Virus record (IMG/VR): IMGVR_UViG_3300034073_002585
Coordinates: 90,193-154,192 of that record
Reading direction: 5' to 3' (one strand)
From: a virus
DNA length: 64,000 nucleotides
A program made the position numbers and the translations under genes. The notes beneath the pieces were generated by a model. That model had not been told where the DNA came from. It saw only the letters and a program-made list of their open reading frames with translations, and did no database searches. Below are positions 9,791 through 20,020 of this stretch, piece by piece. The stretch's first letter is position 1. Every line of letters begins with the position of its first letter.

Positions 9791-10897
9791 ATGGCTACTC
9801 AAGAATATGCAGCCAGCATTCAGGGTGTGTCAATCCGTGTCACCCGCCTAGATGCTGCTGGTAACCTTATGGGCGGAGCTGGTGACTCATACACCACCTC
9901 TGCTTTTATGCGTGTTTCATTCACCCCTGAATATGAAGAGGGCGATGAAATCACGGAGAAGGGTGCCAACGGTGTTGTATGTGTAACATACAAGGCCCCA
10001 GACACTCTAAAGCGTATCACCATGGAGCTCGCAATCTGTGAGCCAGACCCAGAGCTAACCGCTCTGATTTCTGGTGGTCTGCTTCTTCGCAAGAACCTAA
10101 ACACTGCAGACAACCCAGACCACAAGTCTGTTGGTTGGGCTGCTCCTGGTGTTGGTGACGACCCAGCTGGTAACGGTGTTGCTCTAGAGGTATGGTCTCA
10201 CGCGGTTAAGGACGGAAAGCGTGCAGCTGTTCTTCCTTACTTCCACTGGATTTTCCCATTCGTAAAGATGCGTCAATCTGGTGACCGTGTAATCGAGAAT
10301 GGCTTAATGGCTAACACCTTCGAGGGCTACGGTCTGGGAAACATTAACTTCCAGTCTGGTATCGACGGCCGCTGGGAGTTCCCAGTTGCTGCAGAGCGTC
10401 CATACGCATATGCACGCAGCGACTGGGCTCCAACTGGTCTAAATGGCTTCTACACCTGGACTGACGAGACTGGCCCAGTCTACTTCACCTCGGCTCTAGC
10501 AATTAATGCAAGCACTCCTGCTCTAGCTAACGTATCAGCCACTCTCTCTGGCACAACCGCTACTCTTATCTTCAATGGTGACCCAAACATCGAAATTGGT
10601 GACAGCATTAAGGTAGAGAACGTTGGAGCTCCATTCAATGGAACCTTCACTGTTGCTGGTGCTACTGGAAACAACGTAACCTACTCAACCAGCTCGATTA
10701 CAGCTGACATTGATAGCTACGCAGTTAGCCGCGGTGCCAAGGTTACTGTAGTTAACAGTGCTACCGAGGGCCCTGACTACACTGCAGTCACTGACCTTGG
10801 TGCTGGTGGTGCTACTTACAACGTCCCTGGTAACATCGGCTACAACGCTGACAACACCATTGACAACATCATTGCATCAAACGAAAACCCTAGCTAA
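9791..10897 (+). CDS. major tail protein with an inserted beta-barrel decoration domain
   Basis: IRVTRLDAAG...F..VSFTPEYEEGDEITEKGANG..CV is an actinophage major tail protein signature. AAGGAG RBS. Confidence 0.85.
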   Translation: MATQEYAASIQGVSIRVTRLDAAGNLMGGAGDSYTTSAFMRVSFTPEYEEGDEITEKGANGVVCVTYKAPDTLKRITMELAICEPDPELTALISGGLLLRKNLNTADNPDHKSVGWAAPGVGDDPAGNGVALEVWSHAVKDGKRAAVLPYFHWIFPFVKMRQSGDRVIENGLMANTFEGYGLGNINFQSGIDGRWEFPVAAERPYAYARSDWAPTGLNGFYTWTDETGPVYFTSALAINASTPALANVSATLSGTTATLIFNGDPNIEIGDSIKVENVGAPFNGTFTVAGATGNNVTYSTSSITADIDSYAVSRGAKVTVVNSATEGPDYTAVTDLGAGGATYNVPGNIGYNADNTIDNIIASNENPS

Positions 10898-10907
10898 TAA
10901 CTAGAAA

Positions 10908-10953
10908 TAACGGGTGGTGGCTTGAGCAAATTAGCTTGGGCTACCACCCGTTA
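10908..10953 (+). terminator. hairpin terminator after the major tail gene
   Basis: taacgggtggtggcttgagc-aaatta-gcttgggctaccacccgtta inverted repeat. Confidence 0.7.
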
Positions 10954-10973
10954 AACTTATAAAGAGGTAAAAC

Positions 10974-12095
10974 ATGGCAAGTAACCTATGGATTCTCCCA
11001 GAAGAAATGGGAGACTATTCATACACTGAGTACACCCTAGAGGCAGCTCAGGTTGCGTCAAACCTACTCTGGGCCATGTCTGGACGTAAGTACACAGGAG
11101 AGACAATTGTCACCGAGCGTTACACATGCACCCTTCGCAACAATAGAATGGGCCCTTCCACTCGCACTAACAGCCCTGTACTATTTGGTGGTGATGTCTA
11201 TAACATTCCGTCAGGAGATTACGACGAGTATTCTGAACTTACTTCCGACGGGCTTTCGCCAGAATCGCGCATCAGACTCCGTGGACGACCAGTAACTAGA
11301 ATTATAACCATTAGAAACAGAAATGGCCTAATCCTAGACCCTTCTAGCTACTATCTAGTAGACCACTCCACCATTCAAATTAAAGCTGGTACCCCTTGGA
11401 CCCCTTGTAACGTAGAAATTACTTACGCTTACGGTATTCCAGTCCCGACCGCTGGAAAGATGGCAGCTCGTAAACTTGCCATTGAGTTTGCACGACTATG
11501 GCAGGGTGATGAAAACTGCGAGCTCCCTCAGCGTGTGACCTCTGTTTCACGTCAGGGCGTTTCTTACACCATCCTTGACAACCAAGAATTTATTGACGAG
11601 CTTCGTACTGGTCTTTACGAGATTGACCTCTTTCTTAAGACAGTCAACCCAGACAATGCCCGCCGAAAGTCAAAGGTTTTCTCTGTAGACACTCCTCGTG
11701 CTCGTAAGTATGTAGCAAAGCCACCAAAGCTAGTTGCCGATGCAGATTTTGATTTAGTTCTAAACGCTACTAGCAACTCTGATTCTATTAGCTGGACTTC
11801 CACAGATTCTGGAACAGATTTAAGTAACTTCTTCCCCCAAAACGCTACCTACAGCCCTAAATTAGTTATTAGAAATTATGGAGAGACTTCTTCAACAATC
11901 GTAGATTCTTCATACATCACTCTAGATTATGACGCTGAAACTTTAGATTTCACTATTCCCTATACTACTGCTCAGTCTGTGTTGGGGATGGTGGACCCAG
12001 GAACCTGGACACTTTACGCTTCTTCAACCGAAGATGACGTAGAGAGCCTGGTCGAACTTGCATCTGGAAACCTCCAGGTCAAGCTTTACACCTAA
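10974..12095 (+). CDS. head-to-tail adaptor with a C-terminal extension
   Basis: AAQVASNLLWAMSGRKY...VEITYAYG..VP..G..AA..LA.E...C.LPQRVTSVSRQGVS...TGLYEIDLFL..VNP motifs. Confidence 0.8.
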   Translation: MASNLWILPEEMGDYSYTEYTLEAAQVASNLLWAMSGRKYTGETIVTERYTCTLRNNRMGPSTRTNSPVLFGGDVYNIPSGDYDEYSELTSDGLSPESRIRLRGRPVTRIITIRNRNGLILDPSSYYLVDHSTIQIKAGTPWTPCNVEITYAYGIPVPTAGKMAARKLAIEFARLWQGDENCELPQRVTSVSRQGVSYTILDNQEFIDELRTGLYEIDLFLKTVNPDNARRKSKVFSVDTPRARKYVAKPPKLVADADFDLVLNATSNSDSISWTSTDSGTDLSNFFPQNATYSPKLVIRNYGETSSTIVDSSYITLDYDAETLDFTIPYTTAQSVLGMVDPGTWTLYASSTEDDVESLVELASGNLQVKLYT

Positions 12096-12108
12096 GAAAG
12101 AAGGAAAT

Positions 12109-12321
12109 ATGTCTGTTCAGACTAACTTCCGTGCCCAGGACATGCTGGGTGCCGAGAAGCCTGCCCCTAAGAAGGCTGCCCCTGCTCCTCGCGCTGTTTC
12201 TGCTCCTGCTCCAACCCCAGTGGTAGAGCCAGTAGTCGTAGAGCCAGTAGTCGTAGAGCCAGCAGTACTAGAGGAGACCGAAGAGGCTCCTGCTGTTGAG
12301 GAGACCTCCGTAGAGGAGTAA
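12109..12321 (+). CDS. small low-complexity P/A/E/V-rich protein
   Basis: AAGGA RBS, ATG 12109, EPVVV repeats. Confidence 0.65.
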   Translation: MSVQTNFRAQDMLGAEKPAPKKAAPAPRAVSAPAPTPVVEPVVVEPVVVEPAVLEETEEAPAVEETSVEE

Positions 12322-12324
12322 TCC

Positions 12325-12834
12325 ATGCCAAGCCAAGAACTAGACCTAACTGGTGTCTCTGAGGATGCGGTACACCTCAGAGATATGATGGAAGGTGTAC
12401 TGGAGAGAGTACAAGATATCTTTCAGTCATACAACGTAGAGCTGCCAGCTCGTCGCTATTGGACGATGGCAACTCCCGCTGTTGACTGCGAACAGCTAGT
12501 AGTCTATTTCCAGCAAATGTATTTAGGTGCTCCAGGAGCGGAGGTTGGCGAACCGCAGCGTTGCCACGTTCCTAGGAGTGCAACCATAGCAATATCAATC
12601 TCTAGACAAACTGCTATCGTTAGCCAAAATGGAAGGCCCCCTTCTCAGGAGAAAATCACTGAGGCCGCCGAGGTTATGGCTATTGACGCTTGGGTTTTGA
12701 TGGAGTCTATAAACCTTCTAGACCAGTGGGATAACACTGGGTATGGGGTTGGAGTGGTGGCTACTTTAGATGTGACTGCTCCAGAAGGCGGATTTCAGAC
12801 GACAACGATGTTAGTAACGATGGCGGTACCATAA
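12325..12834 (+). CDS. tail terminator / neck protein
   Basis: Position in the neck module; P..DC.QL.V and ...PEGG motifs of cluster B-like tail terminators. Confidence 0.6.
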   Translation: MPSQELDLTGVSEDAVHLRDMMEGVLERVQDIFQSYNVELPARRYWTMATPAVDCEQLVVYFQQMYLGAPGAEVGEPQRCHVPRSATIAISISRQTAIVSQNGRPPSQEKITEAAEVMAIDAWVLMESINLLDQWDNTGYGVGVVATLDVTAPEGGFQTTTMLVTMAVP

Positions 12835-12835
12835 A

Positions 12836-13345
12836 ATGCCTAAAGGATTACCAGACAGCTTTTTAGCCACAGCGGCCCTTAGAGGAGCCAGACGATTAAA
12901 TCGCGGTGGCGGTGGCGGTGGTGGACCTACTTATTACCACATAACTAAGGTAGTCCTATATAAGCCAATCATAAATTTCGAACTTCGAAACATGTATGGC
13001 ATGGTAGGAAGATATATCCGAAAAGTTGGCCAAAGAATAGCTTGGAAAGCAAGAGGCCAGGTCGGAGTAAAGACTGGACGACTGAAAGCCAGCATTAGGA
13101 TGAAAGTCATCCGTAATTTGGGTGAAGTTGCTGTAAAAATCGGTGGATACACTGACTATGCACTTCTCCACCACGAAGGCTCTAAGCCTCACATGATTGT
13201 TCCTAAAAAACCTGGTAATCAGTTGGTATTCATGAAGGGCACCAAGCTAATTCGTACTCCTGTAGTGATGCACCCAGGTACCAGGCCTAATAAATATTTA
13301 ACTAGACACCTTCGACCATCAATCCTTAGAGGCATCAAGCCGTAG
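12836..13345 (+). CDS. HK97 gp10-like tail completion protein
   Basis: VKTGRLKASI...YALLHHEGSKPH.I.P...V.HPGT.PN.YL. Confidence 0.75.
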   Translation: MPKGLPDSFLATAALRGARRLNRGGGGGGGPTYYHITKVVLYKPIINFELRNMYGMVGRYIRKVGQRIAWKARGQVGVKTGRLKASIRMKVIRNLGEVAVKIGGYTDYALLHHEGSKPHMIVPKKPGNQLVFMKGTKLIRTPVVMHPGTRPNKYLTRHLRPSILRGIKP

Positions 13346-13436
13346 TCTCCTTAATAACAACAAAAATACTACGATAAAATTAACTAGTGGCACCAGCCAC
13401 AATAAATGATGCATATACAGATTGAGGTAATACATA

Positions 13437-13769
13437 ATGGCAAAGTTTAAGGACTTTGGAGCCCCTACCGTAGAAGGTGGAGAGCCAATTTCATTCAAGC
13501 TTTTTGATGAAGAGTTCCACTGTGTTCCAGCTCTTCCAGGAAAAGTAATTCTTGGGATTGTTGCAAAGTCTAGCTCCAACAACCCTAGTGACCAGGCAGC
13601 CATCATTGATGACTTTTTTTCTAAGGCACTAGTTAATGAGAGCCTAGAAAGATTTAATGCTCTGATTGAAGATAAAGATAAAGCTATCTCGGCAGAGACA
13701 TTGGGAGAGATTACTGGATGGTTAGTAGAGCAGTACGCTGACCGCCCAAATCCGCAGCCAGAGGTCTAG
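13437..13769 (+). CDS. tail assembly chaperone (G)
   Basis: Two ORFs before the tape measure gene; slippery heptamer near the 3' end. Confidence 0.8.
   Translation: MAKFKDFGAPTVEGGEPISFKLFDEEFHCVPALPGKVILGIVAKSSSNNPSDQAAIIDDFFSKALVNESLERFNALIEDKDKAISAETLGEITGWLVEQYADRPNPQPEV
13745..13751 (+). other. programmed -1 ribosomal frameshift site C CCA AAT
   Basis: X XXY YYZ heptamer in the correct phase. The -1 frame is open (PKSAARGLALWAVDLWPY) into ORF 13781..14116. Confidence 0.75.
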
Positions 13770-13780
13770 CACTTTGGGCC

Positions 13781-14116
13781 GTGGACCTCTGGCCATACGT
13801 AAACGGTAAGGCCATAACCCTAGGGTTGAACTTAGGAGAAATGGAAATGAGTCAAATGCTTGACGTAATCCACTATCTCTTCGAAGAAGACTCTAGGTAT
13901 ACAACCGCTGAAGAGGCAGAGGCTTTGAGCGAAATGCGTACTGCACTGTATGGAGTTCTTTACGGAACAACATACAACTACAGAGTAAAAGTAGATAAGT
14001 CTGGAAATTCGTCTGGAATGCCAGGAAATGCTACAAAGCCGTACATACCACCTACGGATTTTGATGCAGATTCTCCGCTACCATTCGGCTCTCTCCTAGA
14101 CTCTCCACTAGGTTAA
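13781..14116 (+). CDS. tail assembly chaperone GT (C-terminal part of the frameshift product)
   Basis: No RBS of its own; reached by the -1 frameshift at 13745. Confidence 0.75.
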   Translation: MDLWPYVNGKAITLGLNLGEMEMSQMLDVIHYLFEEDSRYTTAEEAEALSEMRTALYGVLYGTTYNYRVKVDKSGNSSGMPGNATKPYIPPTDFDADSPLPFGSLLDSPLG

Positions 14117-14125
14117 GGCACATAG

Positions 14126-16912
14126 ATGATTATAGGTCAAGCAGAAGTTATCGTAAGTCCGATAACTCGCGGATTCGAGCGCAAGCTTCGCAACGACCTT
14201 AAATCTATGGGCGGAGTCGTAGGCGCTCAAGCAGGTAAATCTTTAGGACAGAAACTTGCTTCTGGGTTCCAGGCTTCTACTGGAAATATTTTTGACAAGC
14301 TCTCTGGTGCCCTAGAAAATGTACAGGGAGAAGCTGAAGCTGCTAGAGAAAAATTTCAAGGTTTAACCAGAGCTGGTTATGTACTTCAGGCTGTAGTTGG
14401 ACCACTTGTTGGCGGCCTATCTTCTTTAGTAGTTTCTATTGGAACGTTAGTTGGTGTAGTAGGCAAAGCTGCACCTGCAGTAGCTGCTCTTGGAACAGCC
14501 TTTTTAACCCTAAAGGTTGCTATGGCTGTTGCCAAGGCTGGATTTGGTAACATATTTGCTGCTGTAAAACAAGCTACAGACCCGACTAAAGCTTTAGGTA
14601 AATCTATTGCTGAAATCAGGGAAGAGTTTCAGCAACTTCAGTTTGATGCGGAGCAGGCAACTCTATCAGAATCTAGGGCTGCCTTAAATCTTGAGGATGC
14701 TTTAAATAACCTACGTAGGGTTCAGGACCTTCCCCCTAACTCTCGTGCACGTCGTGAAGCTCAGTTGGCTTACGAAGAAGCAGAGCTTGCCTTCCGTAGA
14801 GCTAAAGACCGTGCTGCTGATTTAAATGAAGAAGTTGCTAAAGGCCCTGAAGCACTGAAAGACAAGTCTGGCTCTGACCCCTTTGCTGGACTAAATGCTT
14901 ATCAAAGAGATTTTGCTCAGTACTTAGCCACTGAGATTATGCCTCTAATTAAAGAATTAGAGCTTGAGCTATCTAAAGCACTTTTGCCTCCTCTCAAGGG
15001 AGCGGTTGAGATTCTTAGAATGGAGCTCTATCCGCTTCTAAAAAGAAGACTTCCCGAAGTAGCAGAAAAAGTAGGTCTAGCCTTCCAGGACATCGTTATT
15101 GATGTTACTGCTCAGGAAAACCTAGAGAAGATGGATTCTATACTTCTCGAAATGCAACCAAACATTGAGCTAATGGGCGACTTGTTTGGCAACATCTTAG
15201 ACGTAATCCTATCTATAGTAGATGCAACAGGCCCACTAGTTACAGACTTTTTAACGTGGGCGGTAGACCTAACCAGCCAGTGGTCGGAAAATCTAACCAC
15301 ACTGAATAAAGACGGAAGACTGGACCAGTTCTTTGCCGATGCGGGGAAGTATGCTGAGGATTTAGGCGAAATTATTGGCAACGTCTTTGACGGAATCGGC
15401 AACTTGATTGGGCTAACTACTGGCCCTGGCAGTGCTGGCGAAGACATGATTCAGTGGATGAAAGACGGCACTGAGACCTTTGCCAATATGTTTGCTGAGG
15501 ACCCTGCGGGTGGTAAGCAGTTCTTCAAAGATGCTTTTGCAAATGCTCAGTCAGTAATGAGCTCTATTGGTGCCCTAATTGGGGAAATATTAGGACTTGC
15601 AGACAACCCTAATATTAAGACTACATTTGACACTCTAAAAGAGGGGGCCCCTGCCCTAGGAGAAGCCCTAGGCAAGATGGTAGATGCTGGCCCATCATTT
15701 GCAAATTTAGTAGTTACCATTACTGAAATAGTAAACAAGCTTACGGATTCAGAACAAATATCAGCCTTCTTCGACACCTTAAATATCGGAGCTGAGAAAT
15801 TCAGTGCATTCTTGGACACTGACATAGCAAAAACATTGCTCGCCAATTTAGGTCCTATATTTGCAACATTCAGTGCAATAGGTGTAATTTTTGACGTAAT
15901 TAAGTTTGCATTCTTAACTATCGTTGGATATTTTGCTGCGTTCTTTACATTTAAAAAAGGCATAATGCCACTGTTCGACGGGATGGCTAAGGGCCTAGGC
16001 AAGATTAAATTCTTAGGTCCTATATTTACTAAGCTCGGTGGCGGTGGACTTTTTGCTATTTTTGTTCTTCTGGTTCAGAAAGCCGTAGAGTTCTACAACA
16101 CTATTGACGGCTTTAAGACCATGGTGGATAACGTATTCAAAACCATTGGTGATTCTTTTGGCGAGCTTTTTGCTGAAATAGAAAGAACTTTTGCTCTGAT
16201 TTTCGGAGGCGAAGACGGTGGAGGGTTGTTCTCTGTCCTTGACCCGATAATTCAAGTTATTCTAGAAGTATTAATACCAGCATTAGGATTCCTACTGTCT
16301 ACGTTTATAGATGTAGTTACTATGATTCTCAGCTGGGTCAACAACCTCATAGAGGGAGTAATCCCAGGATTCCAGACAATTGTCGATGGAATTATGCTGC
16401 TATTCAGCGGCGATTTGATGGGCGGCCTGGGTAAAATTGGCGAGGGGATTGGAAAACTCATAGGCGGGATATTCCAGTTTGTAGTCAACAGCATTATTGA
16501 TTTAATTAACTTTGGTATTAAAGCAGTAAACAACCTAATAAGTATTGCTACAGACTCCGAGTTCGGTAAGTGGCTAGGGGATGTCCTAGGCGTTAACATG
16601 AAGTCTTTCCAAATAGGACTAATACCTCGTGTAGATTTCTTCTCTGGCGGACCGCTCCCTAGCCAAGTTGCCGCCGCTGGTGGCGCAGACAGGGCCCTAA
16701 TAAATAGATTCAACAACTCTAACGCTTATACTCAGTTCAACAACCAGAGGAACGCTGCAATAAATGCTCCTACACAGAGCCCTGGTGCTAGCGAGGCTAA
16801 CCGAGGAGATATCAATATTACTGTAAACCCTGCACCTGGCATGGATGTTAACGAGCTAGCCAATGCAGTTGGTAACCGAGTTGCACTTGGAATTAGGAAG
16901 GGCACCCTATAA
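14126..16912 (+). CDS. tape measure protein
   Basis: 928 aa, MIIGQAEVIV start, helical A/G/L-rich sequence with hydrophobic repeats, follows the chaperones. Confidence 0.9.
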   Translation: MIIGQAEVIVSPITRGFERKLRNDLKSMGGVVGAQAGKSLGQKLASGFQASTGNIFDKLSGALENVQGEAEAAREKFQGLTRAGYVLQAVVGPLVGGLSSLVVSIGTLVGVVGKAAPAVAALGTAFLTLKVAMAVAKAGFGNIFAAVKQATDPTKALGKSIAEIREEFQQLQFDAEQATLSESRAALNLEDALNNLRRVQDLPPNSRARREAQLAYEEAELAFRRAKDRAADLNEEVAKGPEALKDKSGSDPFAGLNAYQRDFAQYLATEIMPLIKELELELSKALLPPLKGAVEILRMELYPLLKRRLPEVAEKVGLAFQDIVIDVTAQENLEKMDSILLEMQPNIELMGDLFGNILDVILSIVDATGPLVTDFLTWAVDLTSQWSENLTTLNKDGRLDQFFADAGKYAEDLGEIIGNVFDGIGNLIGLTTGPGSAGEDMIQWMKDGTETFANMFAEDPAGGKQFFKDAFANAQSVMSSIGALIGEILGLADNPNIKTTFDTLKEGAPALGEALGKMVDAGPSFANLVVTITEIVNKLTDSEQISAFFDTLNIGAEKFSAFLDTDIAKTLLANLGPIFATFSAIGVIFDVIKFAFLTIVGYFAAFFTFKKGIMPLFDGMAKGLGKIKFLGPIFTKLGGGGLFAIFVLLVQKAVEFYNTIDGFKTMVDNVFKTIGDSFGELFAEIERTFALIFGGEDGGGLFSVLDPIIQVILEVLIPALGFLLSTFIDVVTMILSWVNNLIEGVIPGFQTIVDGIMLLFSGDLMGGLGKIGEGIGKLIGGIFQFVVNSIIDLINFGIKAVNNLISIATDSEFGKWLGDVLGVNMKSFQIGLIPRVDFFSGGPLPSQVAAAGGADRALINRFNNSNAYTQFNNQRNAAINAPTQSPGASEANRGDINITVNPAPGMDVNELANAVGNRVALGIRKGTL

Positions 16913-17871
16913 TGTCAGAATACTATGACTACGCTCCCGCTGGAGATGCCAAACTTCAGTCTGAAGAAAATAAGTTAGTCAACACAGCTCTCACTAAATA
17001 CCCAGAGCCATATCTGTCGGGACTCAAGTTAAATGCTGACATAGAGTTCAATGGTTTAACCCTGAATACAATAGACGAGAATAACGTACTCTGGGTAGTC
17101 TCTGACATCGAAGGTTGGTGGACTCTACCTGAGTCAGAGCTCCCTGACCTACCTCGCGGTTGGGGGGACGGTTCTTACGAGGCAGTCGGTAGATGGTCAA
17201 ATAGAGTAATAAATCTAAACGGGTCATTCTTACCTCAGAGGCCAGAGGATGCTCCCGCCGCTCGAAATGCACTGATTCAGGCTGCAAACTTAATTAAGAC
17301 TGGCGGATGGCTTAAAGTAAACGAAGATGACTACGTGCGAGCTGCGTATGTTCGTTTGAGTGGTGCCCCCATCATCACTAGCGTGAATGCTAGGGGTAGA
17401 CACGATTTTACCATTGCACTTAAGGCCAATGACCCATACAAGTACGAATATGTAGATGGCCAAGGAGATGGCTATAACTATGTCGAGATATCTAATGGTG
17501 CTACTGCAAATGTAATAAATAATGGAAATATTGCTACTCCAGTAGTTTTCTCTATCACTGGTGGCTTAAGTTCTAATTCTGAAGATTCAGCGTTTATTTT
17601 AAATAATACGACTGGTGAAGAAATAAAAATTATAGGTGCAGCTACAACATCTCAGGCACTAGAGATTGACACCAAAAATAGAGAAGTTCTCTTAGTAACC
17701 AACCCAGGGCAAGAGGATGAGGTAGTCGAAAACGGTAGAGCGAAAGTCTCTGTTCTATTGGATTGGATGTATCTACAACCAGGAACAAACAATATAGAAT
17801 TTTACGACTCTGCGGCACCTTCAGCTAGTTCTGTCTGCACCGTTTATTGGCGGTCTGCCTGGATTGGCTAA
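16912..17871 (+). CDS. distal tail (Dit-like) minor tail protein
   Basis: IEGWW.LP...R..GDG...R.I.L.G, A.DPYKY, N.G...TP, W..L.PG.N and C-terminal RSAW. Confidence 0.8.
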   Translation: MSEYYDYAPAGDAKLQSEENKLVNTALTKYPEPYLSGLKLNADIEFNGLTLNTIDENNVLWVVSDIEGWWTLPESELPDLPRGWGDGSYEAVGRWSNRVINLNGSFLPQRPEDAPAARNALIQAANLIKTGGWLKVNEDDYVRAAYVRLSGAPIITSVNARGRHDFTIALKANDPYKYEYVDGQGDGYNYVEISNGATANVINNGNIATPVVFSITGGLSSNSEDSAFILNNTTGEEIKIIGAATTSQALEIDTKNREVLLVTNPGQEDEVVENGRAKVSVLLDWMYLQPGTNNIEFYDSAAPSASSVCTVYWRSAWIG

Positions 17872-17908
17872 GTGCTAAAATAATATTAAAGACAATTAAG
17901 GACAAAAG

Positions 17909-20020
17909 ATGCCAGTAGCAACATCTGCAACTAACGGTGCAGTAGAGTACCGCTACTTTGTCTGCGACTTGATGACTAACGAGCTTCTAGCTGAAATCCC
18001 CTTCAGGGGAGTCTCGTACACTCGCTCGCTAACTGAGGCTGGAACATTCACTGGTGACATTGCTGTTACTGATGACACCTACAACTTGAGCCTATATGAA
18101 AATACTCTTCCAGCCAAAACTGCCCTATATGTGCTTCGAGACGGCGTTTGCGTTTGGGGAGGAATAATTTGGAGCCGAACCTACAGCTTAATAGATAAAG
18201 TTTTGTCGGTAACAGCGGCAGAATTCACTAGCTATTTGGCACACAGAGTGTTGTGGAAAACCTGGAATACTTCATATGAAGCTACTGCTGAAATTTCAGG
18301 CAACACTATGACCGCCACTCTCACTGGCGGGCTTTATGATTTTTATGTTGGGGAGCCAGTATACATATACTGGAATGAGGGGTACTCGATATACAACGGC
18401 TATTTTGAAATCTTGACTGTAGACACTACAGAAGATAATCGTTCCATAATAACCGTGCCAGCCGAGTATATTGATGCAAAAACTGGCAACAAAAAAGATA
18501 TACCTACCCTCTCAGTGGGTGAAGATAATCCGATAACAATAGAAACAAGACAGGATACGTATAATTACGTTAAATCCTTGCTTACAGAGCTAGAGGCTGA
18601 TTTATTTAATTTTGACTTTGCAAATGACGAAATCAGGCCAGGCATAGATTTATTTAATGAAGTAGCTACTATTTCTAGGTCATCTAATGTTGCAACGATT
18701 ACTACATCTAAAAAGCATGAACTAGTTCCAGGACAAAAAGTTAAAGTCTCTGATGTTCAAGCCGACGGAGACTTTGACAATGAAGAAGCAGTAGTTTTAG
18801 ATGTATTGAGCGACTACATTTTTACCTATAGCAATGAGGGAAGCAACGTTAGTACAACTTCTGAGGGGCCCTTAGAAGTTACTATAAGTAGCTTCGCTAG
18901 GTCAGCCAACGTCGCAACTTTTGAGACGGTTGGCCCGCACGGTCTATCTGAGGGCAACATAGTTTACATGGAAAATGTCAGTCAAACTTTCGATGGGTAT
19001 GGGATAGTTTATGGTACTCCTTCATCCACTACATCTTTTCAGGTAGTTCAAATCGGGTCAAACATTGCAAAAAGCTACACTGAAACTGACAATGTAGATT
19101 TTCGACCTCAATTTAAGAGGATTGCCTCTGTCAGGTATGGGACATTTGGAGAGTTCTCAACTCTAGGTGACATTGGTTTTGATTTATCGCAGAGTCCAGA
19201 TTATAGCTACTACTTACAAGCTAATCCAATCGTACGAGGGTTCGAGCTAAAAACAGTTGCAGAGATTTTAGATGAATACTCTACAAAGCCAGACGGCTTC
19301 GAGTACAGAGTAGACTGCGTATACGATGAAACTACTAATACATTTAAGAAGTATTTTAAAGTATTACCACTAATCCCCACTAGCCTAGTCGAATATATCG
19401 AGTCTCAGCCAGACGGTTGGACGGGGGAAATTCCTGCAGATGCGTACGGCGCTGAGCAGCTAGTATTTGAGTTCCCTGGAAACGTACTAGAAGCACAGTT
19501 TGAAGAAAATGCAGATGAAGCAGCCACTAGATTTTTTGTTCAGGGTAAAGATTCTAGACTCAGCTCGGAGGCCAGTCAGCCGTATTCAGCAGCAGCTAAC
19601 CACAAGCTGCTTCGACAGGGTTGGCCAATTTTAGATGCAGTAGATGACTTAGACTCTGATAACGAAACTATTTTATATAAGCAAGCTGCTAGACTACTAG
19701 AAGAAGCTGTTCCTCCAATTAGTACTTTCACTATTTCAGTAAACGGCTCGGCTAGACCATTCGTCGGAACTTACAGTCCTGGAGACTGGTGTTCAGTTAA
19801 GCTTAACGACCAGTTCGTGGCTCTTAGGGCTCAGAGCTATTTGGAGCAAGACTATGGCACAGACAATGGCGTTCTAGTTAGAAAAATAATATCTTTTAGT
19901 GTTACGGTTCCAGACACTCCAAGTTACCCTGAAGGGGTAGAGCTAGAACTAGTGACGGAGCCGTCCATCCCAATAAGCGGAGTAACTATTATTGACGGAA
20001 AGGCCTTCCTTGGGAATTAG
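17909..20020 (+). CDS. minor tail/baseplate hub protein (ReqiPepy6 gp37-like) with inserted beta-barrel repeats
   Basis: YRYFVCDL.T..LLAEIP, RDG.CVWGGIIWSR, GFEYRVD, FEFPGNV, YSPGD. Inserts resemble RSSNVATITTSKKHEL. Confidence 0.75.
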   Translation: MPVATSATNGAVEYRYFVCDLMTNELLAEIPFRGVSYTRSLTEAGTFTGDIAVTDDTYNLSLYENTLPAKTALYVLRDGVCVWGGIIWSRTYSLIDKVLSVTAAEFTSYLAHRVLWKTWNTSYEATAEISGNTMTATLTGGLYDFYVGEPVYIYWNEGYSIYNGYFEILTVDTTEDNRSIITVPAEYIDAKTGNKKDIPTLSVGEDNPITIETRQDTYNYVKSLLTELEADLFNFDFANDEIRPGIDLFNEVATISRSSNVATITTSKKHELVPGQKVKVSDVQADGDFDNEEAVVLDVLSDYIFTYSNEGSNVSTTSEGPLEVTISSFARSANVATFETVGPHGLSEGNIVYMENVSQTFDGYGIVYGTPSSTTSFQVVQIGSNIAKSYTETDNVDFRPQFKRIASVRYGTFGEFSTLGDIGFDLSQSPDYSYYLQANPIVRGFELKTVAEILDEYSTKPDGFEYRVDCVYDETTNTFKKYFKVLPLIPTSLVEYIESQPDGWTGEIPADAYGAEQLVFEFPGNVLEAQFEENADEAATRFFVQGKDSRLSSEASQPYSAAANHKLLRQGWPILDAVDDLDSDNETILYKQAARLLEEAVPPISTFTISVNGSARPFVGTYSPGDWCSVKLNDQFVALRAQSYLEQDYGTDNGVLVRKIISFSVTVPDTPSYPEGVELELVTEPSIPISGVTIIDGKAFLGN

